Source: an uncultured beta proteobacterium | GTDB taxonomy: Bacteria > Pseudomonadota > Gammaproteobacteria > Burkholderiales > Rhodocyclaceae | DNA length: 64,000 nucleotides | Direction of reading: 5' to 3' | Assembly (NCBI GenBank): GCA_963727115.1 | Contig: CAVSFS010000011.1 | Span: 89,149-153,148, forward strand | Part shown: piece after piece, positions 61,681 through 64,000 of the stretch | Layout: every line of letters begins with the position of its first letter | How positions within the stretch are numbered: the first letter of the stretch is position 1 | Translations under genes and position numbers: made by a program | The notes under the pieces: generated by a model | Told to the model about the DNA's origin: nothing | Seen by the model: only the letters and a program-made list of their open reading frames with translations | Database searches by the model: none

Positions 61681-62604
61681 CTATTTCGTTTCAATCTTGC
61701 CGAGCAGGAGATACTCCATCAGGGCCTTTTGTACGTGAAGCCGATTCTCCGCTTCGTCCCAGACCACCGATTGCGGCCCGTCGATCACCTCGGCGGTCAC
61801 CTCCTCGTCACGGTGGGCCGGCAGGCAGTGCATGAACAGCGCATCCGGCTTTGCCACGCGCATCATGTCGCCGTCAACGCGCCACTCGGCGAAGGCCTTG
61901 ATCCGCACCTCGTTTTCCGCCTCGAAACCCATCGAGGTCCACACGTCGGTGTTCACCAGGTCGGCGCCCCGACAGGCATCCATCGGGTCGGCGAAGACCT
62001 GGAAATGCGCGGCATCAACGCCAAAAATCAGTTCTGGTTGCAACTCATAGCCCGGCGGGGTCAACACATGAACCTTGAAATCAAGCACCTGCGCGGCCTG
62101 CAGCCAGGTGTGGCACATGTTGTTGGCGTCGCCGACCCAGGCCACGGTCTTGCCCTGAATGCTGCCGCGATGTTCGATGTAGGTGTAGATGTCGGCGAGG
62201 ATCTGGCACGGATGGTATTCATTGGTCAGGCCATTGATCACCGGCACGCGCGAGTTCGCCGCAAAGCGTTCGATGATGTCCTGCTCGAAGGTGCGAATCA
62301 TGACGATGTCGCTCATCCGCGAAATCACCTGCGCCGCATCCTCCACCGGCTCGCCGCGCCCGAGCTGCGAATCACGGGTATTCAGGTAGATCGCCGAGCC
62401 GCCAAGCTGGTGCATGCCGGCCTCGAACGAGAGGCGCGTACGCGTGCTGGCCTTCTCGAAAATCATCACCAGCGTGCGGTCGCTGAGCGGCCAGTATTGC
62501 TGGTAGGACTTGAACTGATTCTTGATCCGGCGCGTGCGTTCGAACACGTAGTCGAACTCTTCGCGCGTGAAATCCTTGATTTGCAGAAAGTGTTTGATCG
62601 CCAT
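61681..62604 (-). CDS. argF: Ornithine carbamoyltransferase
   Basis: 307 aa with motifs [21 protein letters not shown] and HCLPAHR. Confidence 0.93.
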   Translation of the reverse strand: MAIKHFLQIKDFTREEFDYVFERTRRIKNQFKSYQQYWPLSDRTLVMIFEKASTRTRLSFEAGMHQLGGSAIYLNTRDSQLGRGEPVEDAAQVISRMSDIVMIRTFEQDIIERFAANSRVPVINGLTNEYHPCQILADIYTYIEHRGSIQGKTVAWVGDANNMCHTWLQAAQVLDFKVHVLTPPGYELQPELIFGVDAAHFQVFADPMDACRGADLVNTDVWTSMGFEAENEVRIKAFAEWRVDGDMMRVAKPDALFMHCLPAHRDEEVTAEVIDGPQSVVWDEAENRLHVQKALMEYLLLGKIETK

Positions 62605-62610
62605 AAGTCG

Positions 62611-63785
62611 TCAGGCTGCCAGAAATTCCTTGATGAGGGGACTGCTGCGGTCAACCAGCTCTTTTGCCTCATTTTCACTGAAGATCAGCGGCGGCAGCAG
62701 GCGGACGACCGTGTCGGACGTCACGTTGATCAGCAATCCGGCGGCCAGCGCCTTGCCGACCAGTTCACCGCACGGGCGAGCGAGCTCGATGCCGATCATC
62801 AAGCCCATGGCCGCGAATCTCGACAACGCCCTTGACGCCCGCCAGCGCCTCACCCATCAGCTTGCGAATCAAGGCCCCGACACGCTCGGCGTTGGCCATC
62901 AGGCCATCCTGCTCGATGGTTGCTATCGTCGTCAGGGCAGCGGTACAGGCCAGCGGATTACCGCCGAAGGTCGAGCCGTGGTTGCCCGGCCCGAACAGGC
63001 CGGCCGCCCTGCCACCCACCATGCAGGCGCCGATCGGCACGCCGGAACCGAGCCCCTTGGCCAGCGTCGCGACATCGGGCTGGATGCCGGCATGCTGGTA
63101 GCCGAACCACTTGCCGGTGCGCGCCATGCCGCACTGCACCTCGTCGCAGATCAGCAGCCAGCCATGCTCGTCGCACAACTGGCGCAAGCCCTTCTGGAAT
63201 TCGATGGAGGCGAGATGGATGCCCCCCTCGCCCTGGATGATTTCGATCATCACGGCGACGACATTCTTGTTATGTTCGGCAACCGCCTTGATGGCCGCCA
63301 GATCGTCGTAGGGAACGCGCACAAAGCCGGAAACCAGCGGCTCGAAACCGGCCTGCGCCTTGCGGTTGCCGGTCGCCGACAAGCGTCGCCATCGTCCGCC
63401 CATGGAAGGCCTTTTCCATGACGATGATGGTCGGCGAATCGATGCCCTTCTTGTGGCCGTAGAAGCGCGCCAGCTTGATCGCGGCCTCGTTGGCCTCGCA
63501 GCCGGAATTGCAGAAGAAGATTTCCTGCATCCCCGAGAGTTCGGCCAGCTTGTCGGAAAGCTGCTCCTGCTCGCGGATGTGATAAAGGTTGGAGGTATGC
63601 AACAGGCGCCCGGCCTGTGCGGCAATCGCCGAGACCAACCTTGGATGGGCATGACCGAGCGTCGAAACGGCAATCCCGGACAGCGCGTCCAGATATTCCT
63701 TGCCCCCGGTATCGGTAATCCGGCTCCCCTGGCCATGACTGAAGGTCACGGGCAACCGGGCATAGGTATTCATCACATGCGACAT
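62611..63785 (-). CDS. argD: Acetylornithine aminotransferase with two apparent frameshifts (near 63381 and 62802)
   Basis: Three collinear pieces: MSHVMNTYARLPVTFSHGQGSRITD...EKAFHGRTMATL (ORF 63270-63818 frame); SATGNRKAQAGFEPLV...CDEVQCGMARTGKWF...STFGGNPLAC...VVEIRGHG (ORF 62765-63736 frame); LMIGIELARPCGELV...SPLIKEFLAA (ORF 62611-62853 frame). Confidence 0.88.
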
Positions 63786-63794
63786 GAGCCAACC

Positions 63795-63826
63795 CCAAAA
63801 AACGAAAACGGCGGCCAATGCCGCCG
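63795..63826 (-). terminator. Terminator-like hairpin plus U-tract about 10 nt upstream of the argD start
   Basis: GC-only 7-bp stem cggcggc / gccgccg (63809-63815 / 63820-63826) with loop caat, followed on the minus strand by ttttcgtttttt. Confidence 0.5.
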
Positions 63827-64000
63827 AAACGACCGCAACCCAAACGCCTGTATACCATCAGAAAGGGCTGCAGAAAGGCGAATGTTAAGTTAAAAACAAG
63901 GCCTTGTATAGAACGACAAACCCGTCAAAACCCCCAGACAAGCGACGGCATCTGCACGCTGGACGAAAGAAAATAGTTCAGGACACCCAGCGCGCACGAA

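Noticed and set aside
63890-64000. Open minus-strand frame running in from the right edge (…LGVLTGLSFYTRPCF-stop)
   Set aside because: Its third-codon positions are mostly A/T, unlike every confident gene here. The region is visibly AT-richer, so it is more likely intergenic or promoter DNA.

Overview
GC-rich (strong GC3 bias) chromosomal segment with betaproteobacterial-type synteny: about 60 protein genes, one tRNA, and no rRNA, CRISPR array, transposase or integrase that I could find. All calls rest on reading the ORF translations and the DNA by eye; no similarity or HMM search was run. (1) 1-20.9 kb is a conserved housekeeping array, mostly on the minus strand: DMT permease, rlmB-rnr, tRNA-Leu(CAG), a small secreted protein, an M23 peptidase, then purA-hisZ-DUF2065-hflC-hflK-hflX-hfq-der-bamB-yfgM-like-hisS-ispG-rodZ-pilW-rlmN-ndk. 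(2) 20.9-30 kb is an accessory-looking patch. It holds a secreted hypothetical, a three-gene HigB/HigA/extra antitoxin-like cassette, and an MmeI-family type IIL restriction-modification gene. That gene is broken by at least six frameshifts and carries an in-frame REP-like nested palindrome. The patch also holds kup and an unusual 569-aa protein with a CorA-type GMN two-helix C-terminus. (3) 30-37.5 kb is a C4-dicarboxylate locus (dctPQM TRAP system, dctA, DctS/DctR-like two-component pair). A TTGTGG-N4-CCACAA palindrome occurs in both promoter regions. (4) 37.5-44 kb carries trxA-rho-rpmE, a GT39-like membrane glycosyltransferase, orn, an M48 peptidase and rsgA. (5) 44-54.6 kb is the block I consider most worth follow-up: two tandem modules of circularly permuted ATP-grasp / alpha-E / transglutaminase proteins, with a translationally coupled flavoprotein and a good sigma-54 promoter match. 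This gene association has been predicted computationally, but as far as I know it has no demonstrated substrate or product. (6) 54.8-64 kb carries a thiolase, a CobD-like protein, a CoA-type Nudix hydrolase, a retropepsin-like protease, a GATase, yajQ, ppnP, DUF2788 and argG-argF-argD. Across the window I count about 14 single-base frameshifts, several in essential or biosynthetic genes (ispG, argG, argD). This points to indel errors in the assembly rather than wholesale pseudogenisation, except possibly for the heavily hit RM gene.
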